63,937 bases of DNA, filler included, from Bigelowiella natans CCMP2755 (GCA_000320545.1; 8 parts of 8 records of this genome joined end to end with filler, not necessarily neighbours in it); one strand, 5' to 3'. Counted from the whole stretch's first letter, positions 1 through 12,886 are shown. Program-made: numbers and translations. Notes: generated from the letters alone by a model not told the origin.

Positions 1-889
1 GTCGTCCATAGTCGTAGAGGGCGGGGGTCAGCAGCAGCAGCAGCAGCGGTAAAGACCGGCGACCGACGACGACGAAGTCCTCCTGGATCTGTTGTTGCTT
101 TGTTGATGATGAGGGCGGGGAAAGGCAGGTCTGTAGTCACAAAAAACCGTGTTCAGGTTGGAGGAGATTACAAATGGAGCTTAAGGATGATTTCGCAATG
201 AGAACAACCAGTCCGTCGTGTTTTCATCGACAAGATCTCGGACATTTCACGTGCCCACACCCTCAATGCCGCCCCCCCCCCCCGTGCAGTGTCTCCACCC
301 CTGCCAAAACCCAACTAATCCTTGCCGATATCCCCCCACGTTACCCTCTCCAAAAAAATAAGTGGAATCTCCCTGGCGGGATGGCAGGGGGCAGAGGGGG
401 AGGGCGAGGAGGGCGGTGGGGCAGTCGTTGCTGACCTGATGATCTTTCTGTCCACAATCAAATGATCTATCGATTCCAGCTCGAAAAAGAGGCGGTTTTT
501 CGTTATTTTACGCGTATCTTTCATGTCTTTTTGAATAAATACATGCCGCTTCCTTCAGAATACCGCCAAGAGCGAGGTTCCGCTTCTCGTCTCTCTTCCG
601 CGGGGCCAAATCCATGTCTTGCAGAGGAGCCCCGCAGCCGTGATGTTGGGAAACTATATATCAGATATTTCTGGGGTAATATTTCCAGCGGGCCTCCGGT
701 TTTTGATCGTGCCGCAACTCTCAACGGAGCAGGATTATCGGGCGCAATTACTCGATATTTCTGGTATAATTTTTTTTCCTAATAGGGAATCGAAGAAATT
801 CCTCAAAACCTGTCGGACTGGTGATAACCCTAACGATGGCCAGCGCTGCCACCTAGGGGAGGGGGGCGAGCGGCTCGCCAGGCAGCGAA

Positions 890-2308
890 ATGGCTTCTAC
901 GGGCCCTCCAATACTCATTTTTCACGTACTCCTAGTCTTGGGTAAGATCGAACAAGGAAGGGGGGGGGGGGGTCATGGTACATCCAATCTCTGATCCGCA
1001 AACAGCGCTCACGAATCAAGCAGCCAAAAGCCTTTGTCATTCCTTCCCCTGCCTCCATGCTCGCTTGCAGGTTTGCTCTTGCTCTTCCTGTCATCATCGC
1101 TATGGTCGCCGTCACCCTCGCCAAGCTTGCAATGTACGACGACGAAGAGGAATAGGAAGAAGGTCTGGAGCAACATTGGGGGAACTGAGACCGTCATGAG
1201 CCGAGCGTACAAGGCCGCAGCGAACATACCTATCGCCGCCCTCAGAAATCGTCTTAGAAATCAGGGAATGCCTACAACTGGTGAGGGCAATAATTATTGA
1301 TAGCAATAATCACGATTCGTTCTCATCGCTTTGATGGTACTATCTACCGAAACACGTAGGAATAAAGCCTGTTTTAGAGGACAGGTTGATAAAAGCCGCC
1401 CTCGCCAAGCCAATTTCCGACCCGTGGTGTGGGGAAACCGAGGCCTTGGAGCGCGTTCTCCAGATCATGCCTGAAATGAAACGTCAGAAGAAGAAAAGAA
1501 CTAGAATTGTTGTTCATTATTGATTTGCATAGCTGTGAAATCAACGTACCCCCCCTCCCCCCCTTCAATATCAATGTGCAGCTGCTACCTCTCTACACAC
1601 CTCATAAACTTTTCAGTCTCTCTCCTAGTCCAATTTACGACTAACTTCTCCCCCTCCCCCCCCCCCCCTTCCTGGACGTGCAGTGGTAATTTCGACCTTG
1701 GAGGCGGAGATGATATGGGCGCCAAGAAGCAATCTGGCCGCTGCCGTTCCGTATGGGAAAAAAACGGCGCAACACCACCAACAGCATCCAGCACAGATGG
1801 GTGGACTGCAGTCGCAACAATGGCCTCACCAACCGCCAATGCCGCACTACGGACAGTTCGCCCCCCCCCCCCCAGGCTACCCTGGTTACGGTCAGATGTT
1901 CCAGTCGCCTGAGGGCTTCTACGGAGGCTTTCCCCTCCCCCCCCCACAGTCGCCCAACATGATGCCTCCCTCGGCCATGATGTACGATAGCCACCCTCCC
2001 CAATATATGGAGCAGCAGCAGAGATATAGCAGCGGTAACCCTATGATGATGGGGGGGGGGGGGAGTATGGCGCCGCCTCAAACCTCCTCACGGCACCGAG
2101 GCGGGGGTAACAGCAGGGCTCAACAGCAGCAAGAGCAGCCACCCTACTCCTCGGCTGCTGTTGGCGCACGAGAGGGCTCCTATGAGTCCGGGGGGGGGAG
2201 GGCGATGTCGTCATCCCCTCCCGTCGGAAGTAATAGGAACGAGCTCCGAGCAAGGGCGACGGCTCCTACGAGACCAGGAGACTGGTGCTTTCTTATCGCG
2301 ATGAAGAC

Positions 2309-2344
<36 letters not shown>

Positions 2345-2991
2345 AATGACGACGATGACGACGACGACGATGATGATGATGATAATGATGATTCTATAAC
2401 CACAGGATATGCGATCGGTGCGGGTTCCTAAACTGGAACAATCGAAACGTGTGCAAAAGATGCGGCTACGGGAGACCGATGGATCGCGACTATAATCGAC
2501 GAAGAAGACGCCGGTCTCCTCCCCCGGCTCAATCTCCCGACGCGCACGGCTTTGTACCAGGCATGCCAGTGGTCCTCGCCGGCGGTGCCAAAGGTATCTT
2601 ATCATCTCTGATGACGTTAGTTTCTTCTCTTTTTTCAAAATCAGCTTTTTGAGAGCACGGTTCGGGCCGCCGTTGGTCTCCTAACCGCGTCTGCCTTGAA
2701 TGGTTCAGCCAAAGCAAGAAACCGAAATGAGTGGTGGGGGGGGGGGGACGTTAATCCGAGAAGCGGGTGATGGTATGGCCGATGTTGTTTGTTGTGGGAT
2801 GATAAAAATCATCGGGTGCAATATAGAGTCCGGAAGTTTGGTCTTCACCCCCCCCCCCCCCCCCCCCCTTTCCCTTCCTAGTCGCTGTTGATATGCTCTG
2901 CCGAACACGTTTTTCAGGAGTGCTACATCGAAAGTACACCGGGTCAAATATGACTTGGAAGCAGACAGGATATTGGTGTGTGTTACCTGAT

Positions 2992-3052
<61 letters not shown>

Positions 3053-3214
3053 GATCGATATCAAGGAATAAACTAAATATCACCATCACACCCATCGTGC
3101 GATCTTCCCTATTCATTTTGGAAAACGAAGGCACCTGCATGCACATTTGTTGTAATTATACACGCACGCACGTGTGCGCGCACACACAATCCACATTGTA
3201 TTATAGTTAGCATG

Positions 3215-3248
<34 letters not shown>

Positions 3249-3662
3249 CCATCAGGTGGGTGCGATTCATTGATGGCAACCTAGAGCTATGCTCCCCAGA
3301 CCGCATTACAAGGCACATGAAGATTAATCCAAGCCTCTTTCCCACAATTTTTTTAACAAAAAACGCACAGAAGGACGAACTCCCCCCCCCCCCCCTCTAC
3401 TCTTGCGACGCGCAAACCCGCGCGCTCCATCGCCTCCGCCACCGCTATAACGCAAGTTGTTCTCTTGTTTATGAAACACAGGGCCAACCATCCATCGCCC
3501 CCTCCAAACAAGCAAGAAGACGACGACTCTTTCCCCGAGATGAAAGGCGACGATTTCTCTCCTTGGCGTCCAGGTGCTGGCCGGGAAGCGCCTGGTCGCT
3601 CAAGCTCCTCGAGTAGAAGTAGCCCAAAGCGAGCAACCCCGTCCATTGATTTTAATAGATGA
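890..3662 (+). CDS. Signal peptide/transit-like leader + SAP domain + Q/P/G/Y-rich region + RanBP2-type zinc finger + SH3/KOW-like barrel (8 exons)
   Basis: Phase-consistent exons 890-941, 1071-1280, 1360-1482, 1684-2284, 2406-2593, 2918-2975, 3256-3312, 3482-3662. Translation MASTGPPILIFHVLLVLGLLLLFLSSSLW...; SAP IPIAALRNRLRNQGMPTTGIKPVLEDRLIKAAL; RanBP2 RPGDWICDRCGFLNWNNRNVCKRCGYGRP. The last intron needs a GC donor. Confidence 0.7.
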
Positions 3663-4547
3663 TGGCGCTTGGGCACGAGAAAATAGATTTTCCTCTCGAT
3701 GCTCGATACGTCGAGAGCGGCGGGTGGGCTAGTGGGGGGGCGATCTTGTGCTTTGCAGGAGATAATGCCGTAGCCCTTCGTCGTATCTTCCAAAGGAGGC
3801 AGCTGCCACCACGCGCTCTGACGGCGTAGTGCACAGACAGGAGAACCGATTTTGTGCGTTATAGGGAATCCATTCCAGAGCCCACCTAGAGACCGACCTC
3901 ATATGCTCCGGAGCGAGAGATGTAGAGCTCCGCCTCACGGCCGGCACATATTGATTCATGTCGCTCGCAACCGGCCGTCAAGACGGAATAAACGTAGAAA
4001 TGTGAGGGCTCATTGGTACAACGCATGCAGCATAGCGAATTGCCCATGATGCCATTCTAGCATTGCTGTGCATGCAGCTAGCAGCTAGCCGTTGTCCACA
4101 TGATGCAAACTGTAGTGAATGCCTAGATAATCGCTCGTTGCAACGCCATAGCATGGAATCACATCGCAGAGGCACTGTAACTAGTGGATGCTATATACAG
4201 TAGTGTCTATATGTGTAGCTACGTCTTGTCTGCGCACACGCACAGCATGCATTAGGGATGACGAAGTCTCTTGACTTGATGCTCTATAACACACACGGGA
4301 CATTGCATATTGGTAGCATCAGTCGGTGTGTGCACAACAGCTAGCTAGCTAGCAGCAAAATTGACAACAAACCATGATCGAGTCTAAAATGACATATTTA
4401 GCACGACCGAGGCCAAAATCTAGGAACACAACGGCAGCGGAAACTTGACAATGATTGAATCTGGCATATTATGATGAACATTGCAAAAGCGTGTACGGAG
4501 AGCAATGTGCATGCTACGTATACAGCAGCAGTGCGACAGTTTGAGCT

Positions 4548-7228
4548 CTACCCCGTGCCGTTGTATAGATAGGTGTACCGGAGCTTGCGCAGCGGGACGC
4601 CGAAGTCGGTAACCGTAAGCAAGACGGTCAATCGATCTAAGATCGGCGAGATTTGAAGAAGTCTCTTGGCGCGGGGGCTGATTTTAAGAGCGGAATTCGC
4701 GCCACCATCGGGCCTTTTGCCCCCCCCCCTGCAGCGCCCAGCCAGCAACCGTATGCCCTGGATCACAGCGCGCAGCTCGGCCTCGATAAGTCGTCCAATT
4801 CTCGCAGTAGCACACCACACGTGCAATACAGCCGCCTCAAACTGCCCTCCATGCTCAAGGGCCAAGCTAAGCCCTCGGAGCTTCTTCAACACCAACGCAC
4901 GTGCCTCTCGGCGTGTGAATGCCGAACAGTCGGTAGGAGGAGAGGAGGGGGGGGTAGCAGCAGCAGCAGCATTACTCGAGGACCATAGAGAACTAGGTAC
5001 AGCACGTGTCACCGACACCCCAAGGGATGCGATTGTGCTCTGCTGTTTATTAGCTCCAACAGCCTCATTTCTCCCCCCCCCACCGCCCACTTCGCCTGAA
5101 AGCTTGCGGGCACCGTCTCCGCCCCCCCCCCCTTCACCGTCTCCGCTATCGTGGACGACGCAGCGAAAATCGAGTTTCGGGCAGCTCGGCGTGGTGTACT
5201 TGATCTCCATCTCGCAATGCGTGACCTGTGCCTGGAACACGCGGTGCAGGATCTCGGCTGATAGAGCTTCGGATAACTGAGAGGAATCATTGCAGCCCGC
5301 TCCTTGCGACGACATCACCTTTGCAAAGTCGCGGGTCATTCCGCTGTCTAAGGCACACTCGGGGCCTAGAGCCTCATACCTTGACCAGATCACAACTGCG
5401 TCATCACGTTGTTGTTGATTATGCTCATGATGATAGTGATTGTTGTTATTGCTGCTGCTGCAGTTGTGTTTCCCCCCTCTTTTAAAAAGCGAATTCAAGA
5501 ACGATGCCCTCGATCCCTCTTTAAGCAGCAGTCGATATCCCTTTGTGCTGAATACTGAAACATCTCTACCCGTGGCACTTAACACTGGCAGAGCTGACAG
5601 CGCACCGTCCTCATCACCATTGCCGGCTTCATCGTCGAGGCCAATTCCGAGGAGATCTGCGTCACTATCACGATTTTTCCCATCCTCCTCTTCCTCGTCA
5701 TCATTGCAGCCTTCATCATCATCATCATCATCATTATCATCCTCGCCCTCGTTCTCACACGCAGCTCGAATCAACTGTGCGAGTTTCTGGCGCTCTCCTT
5801 CCTCGCCATCGCCCATTGTCCACAAAGCACCCGAGCCATCGTCGCCCCTCTCCTTACTCAAGGAAAATGCGTCTTGAGTTCCGTTTCGAGCATTGCAACT
5901 GGCCGCTGTGATGACCCGTCGCATCCTACACTCAAACGGGGCGATAAAGCAGCCCTCGATATTCCAGCTTAGCGAGGTTGTCCGCATGGCGAGCGAGGCG
6001 TGTTCCGCGCTGTCTAGGGGGAGGAAGATGACCCCGAGCACACGCTCTACCCACTTCAGGAGGCAGGGGTGCTGCTGCGGCGACGGCGAAGCATAGATGC
6101 GGAATGAGGTGGAGGAGGAGAAGGACGAGGAGGAGGAGGAGGAGGCATTACTTTTTGACCGAGAAGAAGAAGAAGAGGAGAAAGAGTATGGAGGCTTTCC
6201 CACGATCCACAGCCCTTTCGCCGATGAAGAGGAATAGGTAGAGGTCAGGGGGGGGCACGCGAAGCGACTAGTAGCGCTTGAGGAAGGAGAGTGTCCTCGT
6301 CCTCGTCGCCCCTCCTCCGTTCCAATATAAGATGGAGGAACTACTCCTCCCCCCCCCCCTCTCTTCACAGGCACTATACTAATCGCTGCTGGAAGAGTCG
6401 CGCTGGAGGAAGGAAACACAAGGCTGAGCGGCATTCTGTGATACTTCTGCTTCTCCTCTCCCGGGTTGTGCTTGCTCCTGTTAGATGACAGCTCGATAAC
6501 TTCTTCCAGGCGCGCGACTACGTTCTCCACAGGAACACCAACGACGGTAGCAAGCAGCTTAGAGGCGGCCTTTTTCGATTCCTACGGGGCGATGACGAGC
6601 AATATACATGGCTTTGAATTAATATCGGCATCATCGTGAATGCCGTCATTATCATCGTCATCAGCATCATCAACCCACCAATCATCATGTATCATCATCC
6701 CAACACTATTCGCGCTGTTCAATGCGTTATGTCTGCTACCTTGACTGTAGCAACAACTCTCGGCCGCGACTTAGTGCATTTGCACAAGGAAAGCGAATGG
6801 GCGATATTCTTGCCATCGTCGTGTGCAGACGATGACCGTTGCAGGTGATAACCGCTGCTGCAGGAAGGTACATCGCCAAACCTACACTTCCCTGCCAGAT
6901 AGTACTGGCAAATCCGAAAGGGCTGTCTTTGCTGTACGACGCTTCTACCATGGTTATGGTGATTTTGTCCTCTCTCAGTTGGCTGCTGCTGCTGCCGCTG
7001 CTGCTGCATTGGGATTTGGTGGGAGAAGCGGCAGCTGGCACCAAATCGACATCTTCCCTCCATGTAATAATGACACAAAGGAGGAAGAGTGGGGGCAGCA
7101 TAGGAGTGCTGATCGCTGCGAGTTCTATCGTATCCTACAGTAGGGTGATGGCCACCAACCACATCGAAGGATTGCTTCCTGCCCTCTCCCGTAAATGCGG
7201 GCGGGCAGGGATCATTTAACGACGACAT
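4548..7228 (-). CDS. Two CCCH zinc fingers fused to a C-terminal AAC4-like (restriction-endonuclease-fold-like) domain
   Basis: Exon 7228-6740 (LCHYYMEGRCRFGASCRFSH; ICQYYLAGKCRFGD), GT-AG intron 6739-6582, in-frame exon 6581-4548 containing SEALSAEILHR, CEMEIKY, KLDF, LGVSVTRA, LVLKKLRGL, VLHVW. These motifs resemble the Dictyostelium AAC4 family (from memory). Confidence 0.7.
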
Positions 7229-7952
7229 TGTGGCGAAAAGGCTCTCAGACTGAGAGCCGCAGAATTGAAAAGCTCGTGTGGCCTCGTCACCGTCCTGGTC
7301 GCTGCTGGTGCGCTACTAATTAGGCACGCACCGGTGTGCGTAGTAAGGATGCGAAAACAATGAGCCGCCTCTGTATATTGTTTCTACATTGAAGAGGCTC
7401 GCACGCTGTTGAGTTCCGTCAATTGGTGCTTTCGAAGGTGGGAACTCCTTTAACTTGGTTCGTTGGCGCTGTGGTGAGCATGTCTTCAGGGGCTGCTCTC
7501 GCGAATTTGCTTTGGTATCTTTAGTGTCCACTGGATTGGGAAATAATACGTGGTCGGCCTTTCTACCAACGAGAATAATCCCTCATGAATGCTTACTTGT
7601 TGTCCATTTAAGGTGGTTCGAAATGGAGAAGAGGGGGGTGGTTGATGGTGCTACGCGTTTCTGTACACTTGTTTTCCCTGATTTGTGTGCTCTGAGGCCG
7701 AAATTTCTGGCTGTTCGTTCCCAGAAATTTCAGAGAAATTAAAGCTTGTCGCCCAGCTGTTTCGCCTTGTCGCAGACGGAAAGTCCAAGGCTAATTTTTC
7801 GTGTTTCTTCTACTCGTACGCGAGTAGTGCCGGGAATCGGCGGATCGTCGTTGTCGCAGGTGGAAAAAAGTGTGCATTTTTAATGAAAATTGGATATGGC
7901 TCAAGATTTGAATTGGGGCAAAACATGTAGATAGATAAGTCAGACAAATTTC

Positions 7953-8748
7953 ATGTCTGCCTCGCACATCGATCTGACCCAGAATCCTTCCTTCGTGGAG
8001 GGGAGGAAAGAATGGGTGTACGATGAATCAAGGCGCCCTGAATGGCTTGTTGGGAAAACACTGAGCGTGAGTTGGGACACTAACGGTTGGTTCGTGGGGA
8101 CCGTTAAGTCCTTTGACGAAAAGACGGGAAAGCATCGCATCGACTACACCGATAATGACACACGGTGAGGCGAACAAGCTACCATCATTTCACAATCGTT
8201 GAGCTGAATTGTGATATTGACAGTTTTCATCGATTTCGAGAACGAACCTGGTCAGTGGTTGGCCTCCCCGGGCATCACATTAAGGAGGATCCCTGTCCTG
8301 CTTATACCGGCTCCTCCGCCGAATTTCCCAACATCGCTGGAAGTCTTCACGCAGCTCGAAAGCAACTGTCAGACACCAAACTTCAATCTCACACTGCTGA
8401 TTTTGACACCCTCATTGGAAAGAAAATTAGCTCTGCAGCTTCCATGCTTGGCAATGAAATTATGGATTCCATCAAGGAGATGGTAGTCTCCCGCATTCAT
8501 TCACTTCCCCTAGACTCTACCTTACGTCCTCACATCCGCCTTATCATCCAAATGTTAGGCGAAGAAAGTGGATCGAAAGTTTAAACAGATCGTAATTGCA
8601 AACAAACAATTGCGTAAGCTTCTTCATCGCGCTGGCATCAATCGTCAGGACGAGGGATTAGATAGTGAGGCGATGGAAGAACACGTCAGTAAACATGTCA
8701 CCATCTATTGCAGGTGTGGGCAATGCGAGGAAGAGAGTACATATTATC

Positions 8749-8788
<40 letters not shown>

Positions 8789-9270
8789 CACCAACGTGAA
8801 GAGTGAGAGATGCAAAAAGAAATTGCACCACCGAGTATCTTTTTTATGGTTTTGGGCTAGAAGAGAAGGAAGAGATACTTGTTGTTGATCTCACCCGAAG
8901 CAAATTTAGAGGTACCCCTGTTCGAAGTGCTAGAGACCTTTTCTACAAGAGCGACCTCTGTGAGGTTGTGATCAAGGCTGCAGAGAAGAACAAGGCAAGC
9001 CTCCACAATCTAACACTTATTTGCTACGCACACAAATGTAGACGAATACGCACAAGCACACACAGACACAGCTCATAGCTCGCAGTTGACAAAATAAAAC
9101 ACATATTTTGTGGATCTAAGGAAAACGCCTTTCTGGATGTGAATCCTTCAATCATGAACGACATTCTTGATCGGTTGAAATACGATATGCCACACCCAAT
9201 GCATAACGGGATATATAAGGCAACCATCGACTACCTTTGCATAAATACAAAGCCAAAACAATCCCGTTAA
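7953..9270 (+). CDS. Tudor-like (PDS5/MSH6-type) domain protein, multi-exon
   Basis: Exon 1 LVGKTLSVSWDTNGWFVGTVKSFDEKTGKHRIDYTDND splices to FHRFRERTW. Last exon 9079-9270 is in frame via a GC donor at 8995. Internal exon boundaries are uncertain. Confidence 0.6.
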
Positions 9271-9738
9271 AAGAATGGACGCAGTCAATATAGATGCTAT
9301 GTCCATAGTTAACGTCAGGGAGAAGGGGGGAGGGAGAACAATGACAATGATAAAGTAGCAATGAAGGCAGCAATCACAGAGATGTAATGTGCATGCAGAT
9401 GCCGATGTGTAGGAGCGCATCGTAGTAAACAAACAACCCATGCATGTTGTGTTGATTGGTTGCTCGCAATGCTCATCTGATTGTGCGATGCGTCGCCCAT
9501 TGTTATATTGTAGTTGCGTGTGCAGTGTTTGCTCGCACATGCATGTGGCATCGCACAGCTATGCAGTTTCGTGTCGTAGGCAGGCTGTGATTAGCCAACA
9601 GATGCGCTGCTGGCTGATGCTCGCATTGCACGTTGATGTGATCAATGCTCATTGAAAACAAAACACCAAAACCCTGATGATGAAAATGCATTGTGAGGAG
9701 CTTGAGCATGCATGCCAAAACAAGCTCCCAAGAGGACA

Positions 9739-10021
9739 TCACCGCTCGCACGCGGGTCTTTCAACTTCACCGCTCGCACGCGGGTCTTTTGACTTTTGCG
9801 TGTGCGTTTCACTTTGCTTCAACTAGCTCAGTTGAACACATCACATCACGCCATTTTCAGATTGAAAAAACAACATCATTTCGCTGACTTGTGCTGCAAA
9901 AGTTCCCTTTTGCAACCCAACTTTTTCCATGTCGCACTGGCCCAAGCGGGGCCAAAATGCCAAAACTTGCCAACCACTTTCGCACTGGCCCAAGCGGGGC
10001 CAAAATGCTGAACTTGCCAAC
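9739..10021. repeat. Two pairs of direct repeats, possible DNA-transposon subterminal remnant
   Basis: TCACCGCTCGCACGCGGGTCTTT at 9739-9761 and 9767-9789; TCGCACTGGCCCAAGCGGGGCCAAAATGC at 9932-9960 and 9980-10008. Confidence 0.75.
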
Positions 10022-10183
10022 TCATTTTGTCCCCCCAGCATGACCTAACACACTGCTAAACTGCATCACAAATGCAAGCACACGCTTGGTGGTCATGACC
10101 GACCACACAGGCATGTGTTGCAGATGTGGCTGGCAGAGCATGATGACTGCGCATCATGACAGCGAGTCGCAATGTGCATGCAC

Positions 10184-11614
10184 GCGCGCATGGAGAGCAG
10201 GAAAGCAAACCTCGAATCGTCCTTGCTGTACCTGTGGTGATGCAGCGGGCGCGAAGGCATAATCGGAAGACGTTTTTCCCAGAAAAAAACATGTGCTCGA
10301 AAGCCAAATGTGCAAAAACGTCTGCTGGAATTGCAGGAACAGTACACTCCTACTACCGCGCATTAACGCCCTACATACCGGTCGATAGCGGCCTGTCGCT
10401 CGGGGCCCGAGATGCCTCCATCCAGCCTCTCGAAGCTGTAGTTCATGAAGCTGAGATAGTCCTCTAGGATGTCCAACGTGCGGCACATCTGCGAGAAGAT
10501 CAGCACGCGGTGGCCGTCCTTCTTGAGCTTGGGAAGCAGCTTGTTGAGCAGCACGGTCTTCCCGCTGGCAAGGATGAGCTCTTCCATCACCTCGTCGGGG
10601 GAGAGCTCCTTGCCCTTCAACTCGGCTTCTTCCGCGCCCTCCATGAGGTATGGGTGATTGCAGCACTTGCGCAACTGCATTGCGAGGTTGTTGAGAGAGG
10701 TCTTTGTCCGGAGATTTGCTGGGCCGAGTAAGCACTCCACGTTACGCTCAAAGACCGCACGATACCACCTGGAAAATCAAGGGAAGACTCTTAGAGTGTT
10801 TCGTTACATAGTAGTGCGTATAGTATTTAATCAGTGAGGATGTAGCTCTCTGCTCTCATCGATAAACGCGTCTCCGGCGCTCTGTTTTATCAGCATAACT
10901 GCTTCAGTTTGTGGTCGCAACACTGTCAGCCAGCGACCGGGAACTTCTGATTGGAGAGAATCATCGTAGAGGCAATCGACTCACCGCTTTTGAGTGCCTG
11001 TGAGCTCGACCTCGATCAAGGTCTCGACCCGAGGCGGGAGGGCCTTCTCCACATCGCCCTTGACACGGCGGAGGAGGTAGGGCTTTAAGACCTTTTGTAG
11101 CTTTTCCACATCCTTTTTGCTCTTCATGTCCCCGTACTCCTGCTCGAATTCGTCAACACATGGAAACTTCTCCTCCTGCGGGGTATGGTTATACATCGTC
11201 GAGATGTCAGTCAGTGGGAACGACGATGGTATGGAAAAGGGAGCCGAGTGTCTACGATGAGAAACCGCCATTATTGCGTCGTCGTCGCTGTATTTCTAGG
11301 AACAACATGCTAACCGCGGCGAGGGAAGCATAGGATGATGACCAAATTGATAGATTTTACTAAAACGCAGAAGAACAAGGGGAAAACACGAAGAAACGTA
11401 AGGCACCTCTAGGAAGTGCAGCAATGCTCCGAGTTCCCTTGACCGATTCTGAATCGGTGTGCCGGTGAGGAAGACGCAGTGGTCGAACATCATCGTTTGG
11501 AGGTCTTGGTAGAGCCTGGCCTCTTCGTTCTTGAGCCTATGCGCCTCGTCGACTACCAAACACTTCCAGTGGATCTTCTCTAAGTGACTCAAGTCTGAAA
11601 TCACCATCTCGTAC
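10184..11614 (-). pseudogene. CHD-type SNF2 chromatin remodeler ATPase fragment, apparently 3'-truncated (5' part presumably in the gap)
   Basis: Exons encode LVVDEAHRLKN, LTGTPIQN, LKPYLLRRVKGDVEK, MQLRKCCNHPYL, HRVLIFSQM, ERLDGG, then FAFLLSMRA. No downstream GGLGINL/DSDWNP exon is visible before the convergent gene. Confidence 0.65.
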
Positions 11615-11746
11615 CTTGGATGGTTGCAACACGGCAAATGCTGATGAGCTCATACCACGCCAACATCATGAAATGAACAAATGAAAGTCGTTTCTGTAAT
11701 CCAATGAGCAACCGCTAGTTTTGTTCCGTATTCGCAACCAATATTA

Positions 11747-11787
<41 letters not shown>

Positions 11788-12042
11788 GTTTGTGTGTGTG
11801 TGTGTCTGTGTGTGCGTGTGTGTGTGTATAAATTCAGTAACAGAAACATGCTACATGCAGTTTGGATGGGGGGGGGAATAATCTTCCTACTACCACCAAG
11901 CCTCGAAACGCATCTTAGCCTCCTTGGTTTCCCTCCATGGGGGCCAACACATGCCTCAGAGCGAGCAGAAGGAGTCGCGTATAGGGTATGAGAACAAAGA
12001 ATGGCGTACTCGAGTTTTGCAAGGTTCTGAACCTGGTCGTGA

Positions 12043-12142
12043 NNNNNNNNNNNNNNNNNNNNNNNNNNNNNNNNNNNNNNNNNNNNTTAATTAATTAANN
12101 NNNNNNNNNNNNNNNNNNNNNNNNNNNNNNNNNNNNNNNNNN
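12043..12142. other. Assembly gap with artificial six-frame-stop linker (also 20420-20519, 38622-38721, 55104-55203, 56682-56781, 61648-61747, 62800-62899)
   Basis: Identical 100-nt blocks of N flanking TTAATTAATTAA. Confidence 0.98.
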
Positions 12143-12490
12143 GGGGGTCGCCGGGGGGGGGATGCACACCTTGTCTTGAAGGCTTGTTAGTTGATCAAAG
12201 GCGCTCCCAGTCGAAGTTAGGGCCAAAACCCGTGTCATTCTTAGGCTGGCAAAACAAACCACAGCATTTCCATCCCATTATCGTGTGTGTATTAGCTAGC
12301 TATGTACTGCGTCTCACCTCTTTGTCCTCGGCGCTGTTCCTTTTTTCCGCTTTTTGTAGGCTTGTGGTACAATAGGGGGGAAGGCGGGTGTGTAGTGCGT
12401 GTATTAGACAAAGGGACCCTATTGTTTTTATATACAAGCGGCAGGGCAAACAGTCAATGTATCTTAATAAAAAATAGTAATAGCAACTAC

Positions 12491-12833
12491 CTCTTTGTAC
12501 TCGGTCTTCAGCCCAGAATAGAGCAAAGGGGCATTATCAGGCTCGCACACAACAATCTTAGTGTGTGGAGATTCCTTCCGCAGCACCTTGCCGACCCCGT
12601 TCAGAGTGCCCCCCGTACCTGACGAGGGTGATAATTTCTTGTTTCTTTTCCTATCTTGGAACAACTGATCATCGTGATTTTGAGGGGATGCAAAACAATT
12701 AAAGAGTTCCGATTCTCTCTAGCCTCTTTGTTGTCGCCTGCGTGTTTTCTCCCATGTGTGTGCGTGTTTTGGTGAGCAAAGGTATTGGTCCCATAGACGC
12801 GGCGATGGGCGTGGTGACTGGGAGAGAGAAAGG

Positions 12834-12886
<53 letters not shown>

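Noticed and set aside
664-764. GATATTTCTGG direct repeat upstream of the first gene
   Set aside because: Only two short copies; a possible promoter motif, but unsupported.
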